The position numbers and the translations under genes are program-made. DNA of 62,555 nt, filler included, from Asterionella formosa (Eukaryota), in assembly GCA_002256025.1 (NCBI GenBank). It is 5 parts of 5 records of this genome, joined end to end, with 100 filler letters (N's around TTAATTAATTAA, not from the genome) between each part and the next. Parts side by side here need not be neighbours in the genome. Positions count along the whole stretch, not along the records: positions 1 to 12,454 come from NKIB01007519.1; positions 12,555 to 24,992 come from NKIB01007530.1; 3 more parts are not named here. The stretch is one strand, 5' to 3'. The stretch's first letter is position 1. Every line of letters starts with the position of its first letter. Shown piece after piece: positions 1-12,759 of this stretch. The notes beneath the pieces were generated by a model that saw only the letters and a program-made list of their open reading frames with translations, was not told where the DNA came from and searched no databases.

Positions 1-849
1 AGGGTACTGTGCCGAGGGCCATACCTGCCAACTATTATGAATCTGCCCAGGAAATTTTAGTTCATGAACCCTCCTGTTGGTCAGTTAGTGGCCGATGTGC
101 CTAATAAAAAAACCAGCAGAATGCTGAACAGATCGCCTTAACAGAAGTATGTGCGAGAATAGCAACAATGCTATGATTTTAATATTATACATATATATAT
201 ATATATTTATGAGCATCAGCACATTGAATATGTCTTATGTCAATCATTACCTGAATAACTTTTGTTATTTACAAGATAATTACAGGTTGGATATCACCGC
301 TATTGTAACGCGGGATATTTTAAAATGCAAAGGTAAATTCAATATATCATTCCATATGCACATCTCAAGGCCTGATTCCGGTCTCATTTTTTCTTTGCCT
401 AAGAATGCATAATCTTAATTGCATTTCATTCTCATGTCATTAGCAACCCAAGGATTGGTGGCTGCGTTGTATATACATGACATAAGATGAATATTAATTG
501 ATTGCGGTGGATCCTGATCTTAACTTATGAATGGATTGTACTTCAGGACATTTCGTTGTAAAATCGAACATTTATAATCAATTTATACCATGCATAGCAG
601 GTATGATCCCATCTTTTCTTCCTTTGCCAGTAAGCATGATCCTCCCAAAATTTAATCCGTCAGCTTGTATCTTGCAACAGAAGTACCTGGTCTTAGTACC
701 TTCTGCGAGTTTGCTCATTTGTCCAGCCGATTAATTTATGACGGATAATTTACAAATACCATGTCCTGTTGGTGGATATATCAGTGTTTTTCTGCATGTC
801 ATGCATTCCTATAATGATACGCACAGAACATTTGCACAATGGTTTGTTA

Positions 850-2720
850 TATTTTGATACACCTATCAAGGATCATGTTTACACATGGAACATTCAAGCT
901 CCTAACTATACAGATACGGAAAGATGCTGTTATCATGGCTGAAGTCCTCCAGCACAATTCTATATGAAATGGTCTGTTGAAGAAACTGAATCATTGGGAT
1001 ATCGATAAACTCCAACCGACTTCAAATTTTGGTCTTCCAAAATTTAAAACAGGATTGAAATGGAACTAGTCCATTTGTATGGTTAACTATGCATACATCA
1101 ACAAACTTTTGTATCAATGAAAGCATTGTTAGTTGCAGATACTACACTCATGCGTTATCCTGATCGTAATTTCCTTTCCATATTTTTTACTAATGTTTCT
1201 GATTTTCAATAACAAAGAAACTTTCAAAGAATTTCACTCTATGTCATTGAATGCGGTTCTACATGTTCACACTGATCATCATATTTTATCTTTATTTCCC
1301 TACACAGAAACTCAATGTGTTCTCCGGTGGAGGATTTATATTGAAGAATATCTTCTCACTTTTCACAATATGAAAGGTACTGATAATGTCAAATATTACA
1401 ACTTACTGATAATGTCAAATATTACAACTTCTATCTCTCGCCTCCCGAGGCTTGAGTCTTTGGTGGGGGATGATATTGGACCGAAATCTTCAGCATCAAC
1501 ATCCATTTCTACTTTCTCAATTGAATTAGATGATGAACCTCTGTTTACCTGTTTCCTCAATCATCCAATTTTGGCAGACAATATTCAATATCCTCTGGAT
1601 TATAACTCAATACATTATAGACAATTGCTGGATATACAATTGATTCTCAATCAAACAACTCATCTCATTCTCAATCAACAAACCAAACACATCTGTTAAA
1701 ATTTCCCTCTATCAATTTTCATCATATACATTTAATATATTTTGTGAAGAATCCAGGAGATACTTGATGCATTGTTATTCCTACATCACTATCGAATCCT
1801 ATTATTTATTGGTATCATCAGATGTTAGCTCATGTGGGTATGACAAGATGAAATGCCACAGTTTCTACACATTTTTACTATCCTCCATTAAAAGCAAGAG
1901 TGGAACATATTGCAAGCATATATGAAACATGTCAAAACGTACAAAATTACCTGGTGCTTGGTTTTGGTGAACTTCCACCAAGGAATGCATTGTTATTACA
2001 ATGCTCAGAAGTCACAGTGGATTTCATTGGTCTATGGAAGATAACAGTGACTGCACAAGCGATTGAATTTCATGCTCCAACTTGAGTTAACAAAGTCACT
2101 AATTTACCAGAAACTTCACATATCAATAATAAGACATCAGAATATATTGCGATGAAATTTGAAAATGATTGGTTAGACAGATATCTCCGTCCAGAAGGTT
2201 GTATAGTATACATGACAATGGAGGTCAATTTACTGGTATTCCTTTCATACACATTAACAGTCTATGTACGAGTTATGTTAAAGGCTCATCCTCCAATCAA
2301 GGAATTTCAAGTTCAGAATTATTGTGGATACCAGTTTGCTGCATCATATGCAGCTCGAGCTACTATTTATAGTACATTGTGTATTTTCACCAGGAACATG
2401 GGTTTTCCAACATGATTTGATTACAGATATGTAATTGATATTGGGATATCAATGTCAATAAGTGATAATTGACAAATGACTACTTCGTGATAATTTCCGT
2501 CGTTGTTCTTGCGATTACAAAGTTGTTGATGAGGTTTTAATCCTATTGGATAATCCTACTACCTTGGATAACCATGGACGAGGTCCTTATTCTATTTATT
2601 CAAGTATATGCCAATGGTACAGTTACTTTTCAACAAACTATGCATACTACGGAACGAATTAATATTCATTACATCAAACCTTTTCAAAGGTAAAAGGTTT
2701 TCCCTTGGTGTGGGAGAGTG
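850..2720 (+). mobile_element. Degenerate Ty3/Gypsy LTR retrotransposon pol remnant (RT end, RNase H, integrase)
   Basis: Broken frames carry HVHTDH (RNase H), WYHQMLAHVG (integrase Zn finger), VTVDFIGLW and IHDNGGQFTG (DDE core), and GPY..QVYANGTV..ERINIHYIKPF (GPY/F). A purine-rich ggtgtgggagag tract follows at ~2706. Many stops and frameshifts; boundaries approximate. Confidence 0.85.
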
Positions 2721-3651
2721 AGTGATCTTGCGCATCAATACAGATGTATATAGGGTTAGGGTTATATCATATATGTATCAGAACTCAATAATGAGAGAAC
2801 TCAACTAACCCTCATTGTATACTTTAGTGTCGACTTAGAGAACGAGTTACACACAAGGATTAACAAATAAGCTCATATATTCAACAAATACTACCACTTC
2901 TAGTTAGATACTTCACCTGGTACCTCGTACCCAGTCTACCTGTATACAAGTACATATCGCGACCTTTGTCCAAGGTGCTATACCGGTACGTAGGGTCTAC
3001 CAGGGTACCGGCAAATAGGTACGACGCTACGACTACATGTATGGCCATAAAAGGTTGCGCTGTTTTTGAGAGTTGATTATTTTTCGGGTATGTTCGTAGT
3101 ATGGATTTCCTTCTACCGGTATATGATTTGTACCGTGTATTTTTGGGTTTGTTGAGGTCCTCGAATTTAAATTAGGTCGCGACTTTCCAAAATTAGATTG
3201 TACATATACCGAAGCTATTGGCATACAATGTGCAGACCGTCAATAAGCAATAGATACCGGGTAGTTGTCGCGACAGGTCCAAAATTGGATTCTACGCACA
3301 GTTTACCGGTCCCAAGTATCGGCGTACAATGTGCAGAAGGTGTCCTCATCATACATCCCATACATACGGCCGTATAGCTAGCAGGAGTATGACAAAATAT
3401 GGATCGGGAGGTTGTTGGCGCATGTAGAACAAGTTTTGTCCCTCATGATATGTGATCAAGGTGCCCTGAGTCATCGGGAGGAAGAAATACCTTTCCTCCA
3501 CTCGTCTACAAGTACCTCACTTTTTCCGACCAACCAGAACTGCCGAACAATACCACGTTCAACTACGCACGTCCTGCAGATTTTGTCGTGCCGCCACATC
3601 GGCCATTCTTACGATCGCCTTTCTTGTCATATTGTTAATAAACATGGTAAA

Positions 3652-4890
3652 ATGAAATATCCCAAGTTAATTGCATTGATGTTGCTCGCGGTGGCTGTCC
3701 CAGCTGTAGCCATGCAGATTCCCTCACCAAAGCTCTCTACTACTGGTCGCAAGACTAAGGTGCAATACTCCATATCGCACGTAGAATACACCTCAATTTC
3801 AACAAAGGAAGCGCTACTACCAATGGACAACCGGGAAGTTCCAATGCAAGGTGAAATCATGAAAATGCTCCCTAGAGAAAGCTTTCGGGTGGATACGAAA
3901 ACGTCGTTGTTTTACTTCGGGGTTGATTTTCTTGCGGTTGTTTCCTCCATGGGCTTTCTTGGTCTTGTCGTAACTTCAGATGTCTACCATTCTCTTCCAT
4001 TGGTTTTCCAGGCTCTTGCAGTTGCCCCACTTCAAGTGCTAACTGGGTTCTGTATGTGGCTTATGTGGTGCATTGGACATGATGCCGGACATTCCCTTAT
4101 TTCCAAGACAAAACCTTGGATCAACAACGTCGTAGGAGAGATTGCGCATTCCATGTTATGTTTGACTCCTTTTGTTCCTTGGCAGCTTTCTCATCGCAAG
4201 CACCATCTCAACCATAACCATTTGACACGAGACTATTCTCATCAGTGGTTCATCCGTGAACAATACGATGAGCTTCCTGGCTGGATGAAGCTCTCCTACA
4301 AGACTAGAAACGCGCAAATCCCTATCCTGTACCTTGTTTACTTACTTCTTGGAGTACCTGATGGTGGACACGTATTTTTGTACGGCAAAATGTGGGAGGG
4401 CGAAAGTGACAAGTTGAAGTTTCGAGGTTTGCTCTCATCTGTGCTAAGCATGGTAACTGCAGGAACTCTTTGGGCTACCATGGGAACTGCCAACTTTGCA
4501 GTAATATGTTTCGTTCCTTGGTTAGTTATGTCCTTCTGGCTCTTTATGGTGACATATCTACAACATCACAGTGATGATGGCAAGCTTTTTACAGACGATT
4601 CATGGACATTCCAGAAAGGTGCTTTTGAAACGGTCGATAGATCCTATGGAAAGTGGATCGATCGAATGTCCCATCACATGATGGACGGGCACGTTATTCA
4701 CCACTTGTTCTTTGAACGTGTACCCCATTACAGATTGGAACAAGCAACGACTGCACTTGTTAAGGGCCTAGAAAAGGAAGGCAAGCGACACTTATATAAG
4801 AGAATTGCAACTCCTGACTTTTCTCAGGAAATCATCAAACAGTTTAATGAAAACTGGTTCTTCGTCGATGAAGAGAATATTGTAAGATGA
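3652..4890 (+). CDS. Membrane fatty acid desaturase (omega-3/Delta12-15 family) with N-terminal signal/plastid-type presequence
   Basis: Three His boxes (HDAGH, HRKHH, HVIHH) plus hydrophobic segments. The likely ATG at 3652 starts MKYPKLIALMLLAVAVPAVA, a signal peptide followed by an S/T/K-rich stretch. Confidence 0.9.
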   Translation: MKYPKLIALMLLAVAVPAVAMQIPSPKLSTTGRKTKVQYSISHVEYTSISTKEALLPMDNREVPMQGEIMKMLPRESFRVDTKTSLFYFGVDFLAVVSSMGFLGLVVTSDVYHSLPLVFQALAVAPLQVLTGFCMWLMWCIGHDAGHSLISKTKPWINNVVGEIAHSMLCLTPFVPWQLSHRKHHLNHNHLTRDYSHQWFIREQYDELPGWMKLSYKTRNAQIPILYLVYLLLGVPDGGHVFLYGKMWEGESDKLKFRGLLSSVLSMVTAGTLWATMGTANFAVICFVPWLVMSFWLFMVTYLQHHSDDGKLFTDDSWTFQKGAFETVDRSYGKWIDRMSHHMMDGHVIHHLFFERVPHYRLEQATTALVKGLEKEGKRHLYKRIATPDFSQEIIKQFNENWFFVDEENIVR

Positions 4891-5335
4891 ATAAATGCAG
4901 GTAAGGTCAAACGCATTGCTTTGGTGACAATTGTTCCGACCTTCTTTTGTCGCTGTAGGTTAGTAGGCCATTCTGTTCACTCTTGGGCAATCAATTGAAA
5001 CAAAACATGGCAGAGATGTCCCATTTAAAATTCTTCGCTGCCCCGAAATGAAAGGTTGGTTTAGTCTGGCTTCACGCATCCACATTCTATTCTCGTCACT
5101 TTTGCTAGTCATGCGAGGAATTTGTTTCATTGCCGGTGTTTAAAGTGTAATCATATCGTTCAGTAAATCACTCTATGTATCAAACTAGTGCCTTGGAAAA
5201 TGGGAAACGAATCACAATTATTCTAATCCCACTAATTCTTACAAGGACCGACTTGACCACAGCATCAACGATGAAGCCGATGATATGCTATAGCTGAAAC
5301 ATGCCAATACGAAGGCCTAGCACAAATAGCCTCAT

Positions 5336-6064
5336 TCATTCAGCCAAGCCCTTTATCTTTGTTCTGGCTATCGCAGAGGGTTCAAATTCCCAGCTTGCAG
5401 ATTCGTCACCACCATTTCTTCCAATCCAAGTAACAGACGCTTCCGTTAGAAATCCATCCATTCGGAAGCTCACATAGGGTTCTCTGTCCAAAGATTCCTT
5501 TGCATTCGCAATATCAGTTGTGATTGCTTGGATGAGTTCAAGGAAGGAATTAAACTTTTGCTCTGGTCGCAGGAACGATAGCAACGAAAGTCGCATTACT
5601 TTACCGTAAAAATCCGCCAGAGGTGGATCTTCGTCACCTAAAATGAGATGAGCTTCCACAATCTTTTCCTTGTTTTCTTTGCCCTCAAATGTTGGAGAGT
5701 ACCCCACATTGACAGCCGCTTTGTGGGGAAGACTACTTCCGGTCCCTTCAATCAGAGCCCAACCAAAGTACACTCCTGTCGGGATCTTGTCCAGCGCAGT
5801 TTGAAAGAGAGAAGAAGGCAAATTGGCAGTAGGAAAGCCTAATTTTTTCCCACCACGACCATATCCAGAATCCACGGTTCCTCGAAGTCGAACCACGTTC
5901 TCAAGTGGAGTGCCACTGATACCACTCAAGGCTGTCAGCGCTGGCGAAAATCGTTGGTAAGATGTACTGTAGCAGAATAGTTTAAGCACCGATGGTCCAC
6001 GAAGGAACGCACTTGTGCATGTTGCGACCATGAGGAAGACAGATAAGGCGAAGAGGTGCTGCAT
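5336..6064 (-). CDS. Riboflavin kinase, probably plastid-targeted
   Basis: GYGRGGKKLGFPTAN, GVYFGWA, NVGYSPTF, EAHL, DFYG and LRPEQKF motifs. The in-frame ATG at 6064 gives MQHLFALSVFLMVATCTSA-F, resembling the ASAFAP cleavage motif. Confidence 0.9.
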   Translation of the reverse strand: MQHLFALSVFLMVATCTSAFLRGPSVLKLFCYSTSYQRFSPALTALSGISGTPLENVVRLRGTVDSGYGRGGKKLGFPTANLPSSLFQTALDKIPTGVYFGWALIEGTGSSLPHKAAVNVGYSPTFEGKENKEKIVEAHLILGDEDPPLADFYGKVMRLSLLSFLRPEQKFNSFLELIQAITTDIANAKESLDREPYVSFRMDGFLTEASVTWIGRNGGDESASWEFEPSAIARTKIKGLAE

Positions 6065-7076
6065 CTCAACTAACTTAGCAGCTACCAGTAATATGGCGTA
6101 CCGGAGAGCCTGTGAGTACATACAAACACATTTTTGTATGAAAACGTTGATGGTATTTAAAGAACTTCTCCACCGCTTCGACCAAATACCAAGCCAATTG
6201 AAGTTGCGGGTCATTACACGTCATGATGTATCACGTTGGTCGAACAAGCAAAATAATTTTAGCCTCCACATTGACCAAGACCAAATTTGCTTTGTAGGTA
6301 TGACCATAATTATGGCATTTTATGGACCAAAAATCAGGTATTTCATTGAATAGATTCGAACCATAGCCCAACAAAAGAAGCATTTCTATAAGTGATTTTT
6401 CATTTCTATTGTATGGAGATGACATCTAACATCATCAGGAATGATGCAATAACTAAACATGAAATGGCAAAGCATGAGCAAAAGACTCAAGCTAGTATCT
6501 GGGTAGGGACTGGAATTATTCCTGCAGTGAGTATGGCATATTTGCAAGAAGGAGTGACATTTGATATGCAATTCTGGGTGAAAAGTTTTAGATTATAAAC
6601 AACAGATCTAAAACATCACCAAAACAAATTTGATGAGTGTTTTAAACCCAAAAACCAAATATTGACAGTGGATCATTATCCAAACATATTTGTAATACAA
6701 ACTAGGAATCAACAAAAGACTCACAATATTGTTGCAACAATATGGAAACCATGTTCAAAAGTTAGTGTTACAAGATGACTCTAACATGAATTTCATGAAA
6801 TGTAGAACTAGTTTAGAGAATGATCTTGAATATTCTCTTCTACTATATTTTAATTCTTTGAGTCCAGTTAGCACTTTAACATCACATGATTGAGCTTCCC
6901 ATTCATGCATCTGCTAGGGTATTAAAAATTAATGGCGCAATCAGCAAACCACCCTCTGATGATGCTGCATGTTGACTCATCAACAATTCCTCCCTATGGT
7001 TTTTGTGTCATATATGTGTACATGCAAATTCTCCTCTGTATTGTATTCCTTCTATAATTTGAAAACATTGCAACGT

Positions 7077-10000
7077 TTACTGGTACGCGTTGCCTGCAAA
7101 GTCAACCATTTCGCTTGGTGGGGCAAACACCGGCTCGGTCGGATAATCCGACATGTGAGTAATAGATCCAAGAGCGGCTCCATATTCAGAGCCTCCAGGA
7201 GGTGTCGACATGGCCCCTGCTCCAATGACGCCACCACAATTCTTGTCGAGTTGTTGCATCCAGATTCTTGTCTTGTACATGCTGAACAAGTCTCTCACGA
7301 GTTCGCGGAAGTCAATTCGGCCTTCCGCTTCAAAGAAGAAAGTTAGCTTATGTCGATCGAACTGATACTCGGCATCGACAACAGTCATCGGAAGATCACG
7401 TTGCCGACATTTCGTGCGACATATATGCAGGAGCTCTTCCTCTTCTTCTCTTTTGACATTGAGGAGTCCAACCTCCTCTTGTGTAGCTAGACGAGTGATT
7501 CGCTTCAAATCAACAACACCTCCAGGTCCCATAGCTCCAGGTGCTCCTAACAAGCTTATGTCTCCCGGCATTCCAGGTTGAGATTGCATACCAGTGCGAT
7601 ACCCTGTCCTTCCAGGTGCATTAAACTTATCAACAGGAGCCTTTCCAACAACAATGCCAAGATCCTCGCCTCGGTCTGCTTCCACTTTGACGTAGCAACC
7701 CATTTTGAGATCGCCGTGAACACGAGGGCCGACGATAAAAGTCCTTTGTGTTCTCTTGAATTTAACGTTATATACCACCGGACGAGGGGATTGTGGTCCC
7801 CCACTTCCATGAAATTGCATTGCATCTGCCTGGCCATAAGGATTCATTCCCATCGGGGATCGCTCCATAGAAGCCGACGCATGGCGATTCATGTTCATGA
7901 CAGGGGGACCGTGATTGTAGGAGTTGAGTTGATTCGAGTGATGAACTATAGAAGCTGAAATTCCATTATTGCTAAAGCCAAGGTCGTCACCAGGATCATT
8001 TATGTGTTCCCCTGCAAGTGGATGTGAGAGGTCATCATCCATCCCATACTGACCAGGGTGTGACTGGTTTTGAAACGGCGGCAACCCACCGGTTGAGTGA
8101 CTGTGAGACATACCGAAGCTGCCGCTCCTTTGGTGGGGCTATGCGGGAGTTAGTCACAAATTTACATGAATGGGTTCAGAGCGGCAAAACTTTAACAACT
8201 TACCCTCTGGCTACCATCCGCTGACATGGGTGACGACGTTAGCGATCCACTGCTGTTGTGCCTTCCAGTCATCGACGCGTTGTTGTGGGTTTGTGACTGA
8301 TTGTGACCGAAAGCGCTACTACCTTCATTCGACGCAACGTTCATGTTGAAAAGTCTCATTTCATCAGGCGTTGCCATGATTGGATCTGTGCCATCGTATC
8401 GAGGGGATTTATTACAGTCTTCACGTCGTTGCTGATATTGAAGTTGTCGACCACCCATGCCTTGCTGTCCTCCGTAATTCAACATTCCACCTTGATAGAC
8501 ATCGGAATTGCGTCGCTGAAGATTAGGACCCCCCAGGGTAGACTCAAGTTGACCCGAAAGATTCGGTTGAGAAATGCTGTGGTTAAAGTCCTCCTTCCTC
8601 TGTTGATATTGAGACTGTCGGGTCTGTACGCCTTGCTGTCCTCCATGGGGTGAAAATCCGCCCTGATTAGTATCCGAGTTACGTCGCTGATCTTGCGCCC
8701 CATTCATGGCTGTCGTTAAGTGGCTGCTAGGTTGAGAAATACCTGAATTTCGTTGGAACAGGCCATGAGATTGTGAAAGTTTATCCCCGGCAGACGCGGA
8801 TCTACCCAACCCGTTGCCATGCGTGATGCCACTGAAGTTGTCTCCGCTGTAGATGACATCAGCGTTCTGGAAACTTGCGTGATGGAGGCTGCCGTCGTAG
8901 CTGCGACCAAGACTCTTGCCTTCGTAAGTCTCTTGTGGAAAGACGTTGGTGTGTTGCAAAGCACCTGAATGCGAAAAGGATCGCGTGTGGCGGTTCTGTC
9001 CCGGAAAAAAGTTGTGTTGAGAATGGGATAGATTTCGATGTTGTTGCTGTTGTATGTGGTTGATCAGGTTTGGTAGCGTTCCAAATTTGTGAGAGTGTGA
9101 TTGATCTATGAGTTGATGTTGATGATGTCCATAGGACTCGATGTTAGCGCCTCGGAGTTGATGGACGACTGGAAAATCGCTGACAATTCCTCCAGAAGAT
9201 CTTGAACGCATGTGTCTTCCATATCCTCCAGAGCCGTCAGATGCTGAATAATTGAGTTCTGGTCTTTGCAAGCCACCCGAGTCTTGTGAGATCCCCACGA
9301 CGCTATTTCTAGTAATCTCACCGTAGCTGACATCAAAATTATAAGGAGACTGAGACAAGCTGCCACCGCCAGAGAGTGGAGGACGACTGCCAAGGCGGGG
9401 AACGGTGGATTCCTTGGTGGCTCTAATTCTTCGTGGGTCCGGAGGTAGAACTCGTTGTCTCGAGTCCATTTCCGAGTACAACGGAGACAAATCTCCTTGG
9501 TGTGCTGACAAGTCAATGCGGACTGGAGGAGAAGTCGACAGCAAGCCAGTGATGTTTGGACCAGGCGAAGAATGTGCCCGGTCACGGAGTGCTCCGAGTC
9601 CGTGTAACCCATCGTCGGGATCAGATTCGAAGGCTCCAACACCCCCAAACGCATGACCGAAATCACTCCACGGTGAGCGTGACTTTACACCATCAGAAGC
9701 ATCGAATTGAGCCGAATTTTCTGTCATGAAGGATGAGTCCTGAAGAGCAAACCCACCAAATAGCTCGCAGTTTCCATCAACAGACGACGAAGGGGTTAAA
9801 GTCAAGTTCGGCGACGATGATAATGTATTGTTTGTTGTACTGTTCTTTCCAATTGGCGACGGTACCGAAAACACCCCGAGACCTGGAGGTTTCGCAAGCA
9901 CCTTAGTGTTTATTTGATACAAAGATTTCTGCAGCTGCGGAGACCCAGGTGGAGGCGGCGTGCCTCGTAAACCGCTAAGATTTTGATCGGAGCTTGGGAT

Positions 10001-10130
10001 ACTAATGGATCCAAACGAATGATTCCGAGAAGCTGGCTCGTCTGATGGAGCTCTTCCACTTGGCGTGTCATTAACCAAGCTTAATCCCGACATACCCATC
10101 TGAAGTCCTTGTGGGCCAGCTCTAGTACTA
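7077..10130 (-). CDS. PSP1 C-terminal domain protein with long low-complexity N-terminus (spliced; 5' end uncertain)
   Basis: The C-terminal VKVEADRGEDLG...DAEYQFDRHKLTFFFEAEGRIDFRELVRDLF matches PSP1/YaaT. Intron 8139-8203 (GTAAGT..TGACTAAC..TAG) joins the 692-aa and 344-aa ORFs in frame. A probable acceptor lies at 10131. Confidence 0.85.
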
Positions 10131-12097
10131 CTGGAAAGAAGGAAAAGGAAAAAGTGAGTGAAGAGTGTGTATATAAGATTCACATGAAAATGTCTCTCGT
10201 GTAAAGCATAAAAATGGAAAGCGAGCCATCGTCGCCGGAACGCTGAACGGATTACCATTTGATATTGCAAACCGTGTACTAATCTATATCGAATATAAAC
10301 GTGAATGAAGATACGACCAGTGTATAAACGTAAAGATCAACAGCCTCCATGTTGAGACTTCCATGACGTTCAACACTGTCCCACATGGCAATGCTCCTTC
10401 ATGATCTCGTTCACCCCGGATATGAAAAGGATGGATATCATGATGGAGATGTAGCCGGTGCGGATCAAAGAGAACAAGTGTCGGAAGAAAGGAATCGTCA
10501 GGCGAAGTACCTTATTTCGTTCTGGTTACAAGCTCACGCTTTCCTTCTATCCAATCACTCTAAATTTAAATAACAATCAACCAATTTTGGTGTCCATTAC
10601 ACAATGCGCTAAACAAAGCATTGAAGAAAGAAGAAATTTGCCTCATTTTCTCCATCACCCTCACAGAAAATGACGAACCATGATGAAGTTTGTCGCTTGC
10701 TTCTTATCCTGCCATTCCAACACAATTACATATCCTTCTGTCTCACCTTTGTGACTCTGTCCAACTCGCTCCCACCGTTGGCGGAGCCGCCGCCATGGTC
10801 ATGATCACCAAATGAACTTAAGAAAGCTCAACGCTCAGTTCGTTGACACAACAGAATTGTATAACTATCGGTACCCGTAGTAACCTGGTACAAGGTACCT
10901 GGTACCCCGGTGCTCCCATACTCCCCAGGTATATCGTCGTGCATACGTACATACCGGTATAACACTAAAAAGAAGCGAACACACCAGAGGGAAAACGTAA
11001 ACAATACCCGTGCGTTTGTTCCCTACGTAGAATTGCATTGGTATGAGATAACAGCATAAATAATTAGCTGCGTTGAAATATCTACTTATTTTTACTGGGA
11101 CAAGGTGGTTCCTCTTGCTTTGCTACTGTCGACATTCGGTACACCTAAGATAGACTACCGGTATGTAGCGCGGACGGCAGAGTATACGGTACCTGGAACC
11201 AGGTACCGTGTACGCCCCCTGGTTGCAGGTATCGTACCCGGTACACCTGAAATTTAAGGACCAGGTACCGGTATTTTCTGTACACCAGTTATCTTAAGAT
11301 CGACTACCGGTAGGACCTGGAAGTTGCAACCAGGGTACCTGGTACCCTGGTACTAGTAGTCTGGTAACTAACATACATTTGTTACTGATGACGTAAGTCA
11401 ACCGTTCTGTACATCGTAATGTTGCTTTCCTTACGTACATCTCATACCGGTACTTACGTATGATCCGGAGTTTTACATAGGTCCTTGTACAAGGATACCA
11501 GGTAACACCGAAACACTGTAGACCACCGCTACGGCGACTTTTGAACTGTAAGCCACCGCTAAACGGAGTAAACGCACGGTTTGAACTTACTTTGCAAGAT
11601 ACGCTCTATTTATTGTCACGAACGAGTTGTTCAGATTTACATACCGTAGCGAGTAAATACTTACGTAATTGTATTGTTGCATTGTGTACATGATTGTAGA
11701 TTAATATAGGCACCAGGTACCAGTACTATCGCCCAACGGCAGGTTGCTGTCAACGCGAAATTGCGAAAATTGGATATGATTTTCACGGAGTCCTGTCTGA
11801 TGAAAGGTGCTGAAAACACGTCATCACGTAAAAGAGGAATCTATCTAAAGGGAATCTTAGCCTATCCCTCTCCCATCTCGATTGTTTTTTGGTATTTCTT
11901 ATGTTTATGATACAATGTATGCATTTCAGAATATTCATATAATGCCCTTGCCAGCATCGATTTACAGTATCATGTTAGTTGTCTTAAAAGCATATAAATG
12001 CTTGATGCTGGACCACTGCTGCATTGCATTGTTCACTCAAATCATGGTTCATCCTCTCACTGTCCCTGATGAGGACACCAGTGAGGATTGAAACACG

Positions 12098-12454
12098 GAT
12101 GCTCAGCAAGAACAGTGCCTATACAGTAATATTAACAAAGCGTCTAATGCATCGTGGAGATCAAGAATGCATTGAATGCTCAGCAACTATACAGTGATAT
12201 CAAGATCAACAATGCATTGATTGCTCAATGACTATACAGTGATATCAAGATCAAGATGGCATTGGATGCATCAACTCAGAAACTCTACAGTGATATCAAG
12301 ATTGAGAATGCATCAAATGCATTGAATGCTCAGCAACTATACTATACAGTGATGTTGAGATAAAGAAGGCATCAACTACATCAAATGCTCAGCAACCATA
12401 GTACAGTGGTATTGTGAACAAGAATGCATTGATCACATCAAATGCTCAGCAACT
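12098..12454. repeat. Degenerate minisatellite (~45-60 bp unit), runs into a gap
   Basis: Recurring aatgctcagcaactatacagtgatatcaagatcaagaatgcat-like units. Confidence 0.8.
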
Positions 12455-12554
12455 NNNNNNNNNNNNNNNNNNNNNNNNNNNNNNNNNNNNNNNNNNNNTT
12501 AATTAATTAANNNNNNNNNNNNNNNNNNNNNNNNNNNNNNNNNNNNNNNNNNNN

Positions 12555-12759
12555 ATGTGAAGGTGATCACATAATATAGTGATGATCAGGAATGCATGCA
12601 TGATACTTTGATCAAATATTTAACGTGATGTATTCAGATAATATATAGACATGTTCAACTACGTATTTTGATGTATTCAACTAATTCATGTGATGCATTC
12701 AAAATCAACTAGGCTTATTTACGTGATGGTCACTTCACGTAATACGCGGCTTAGATGTG
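12555..12759. mobile_element. End of a dispersed non-autonomous element (copy 1; ends ...gcggcttagatgt)
   Basis: Near-identical to 26525-26728. Similarity stops sharply at cttagatgt. Confidence 0.75.

Noticed and set aside
3412..3651. Longer N-terminus of the desaturase ORF (likewise 6065-6214, 10131-10270, 22234-22293, 53523-53726)
   Set aside because: Mostly non-ATG starts or intron/UTR-like sequence upstream of better ATGs that give signal peptides or plausible starts.
12499..12510. TTAATTAATTAA embedded in N-runs (also ~25037, ~37568, ~50090)
   Set aside because: The identical word sits in the middle of several gaps and has stops in all six frames. It is an artificial scaffolding linker, not biology.
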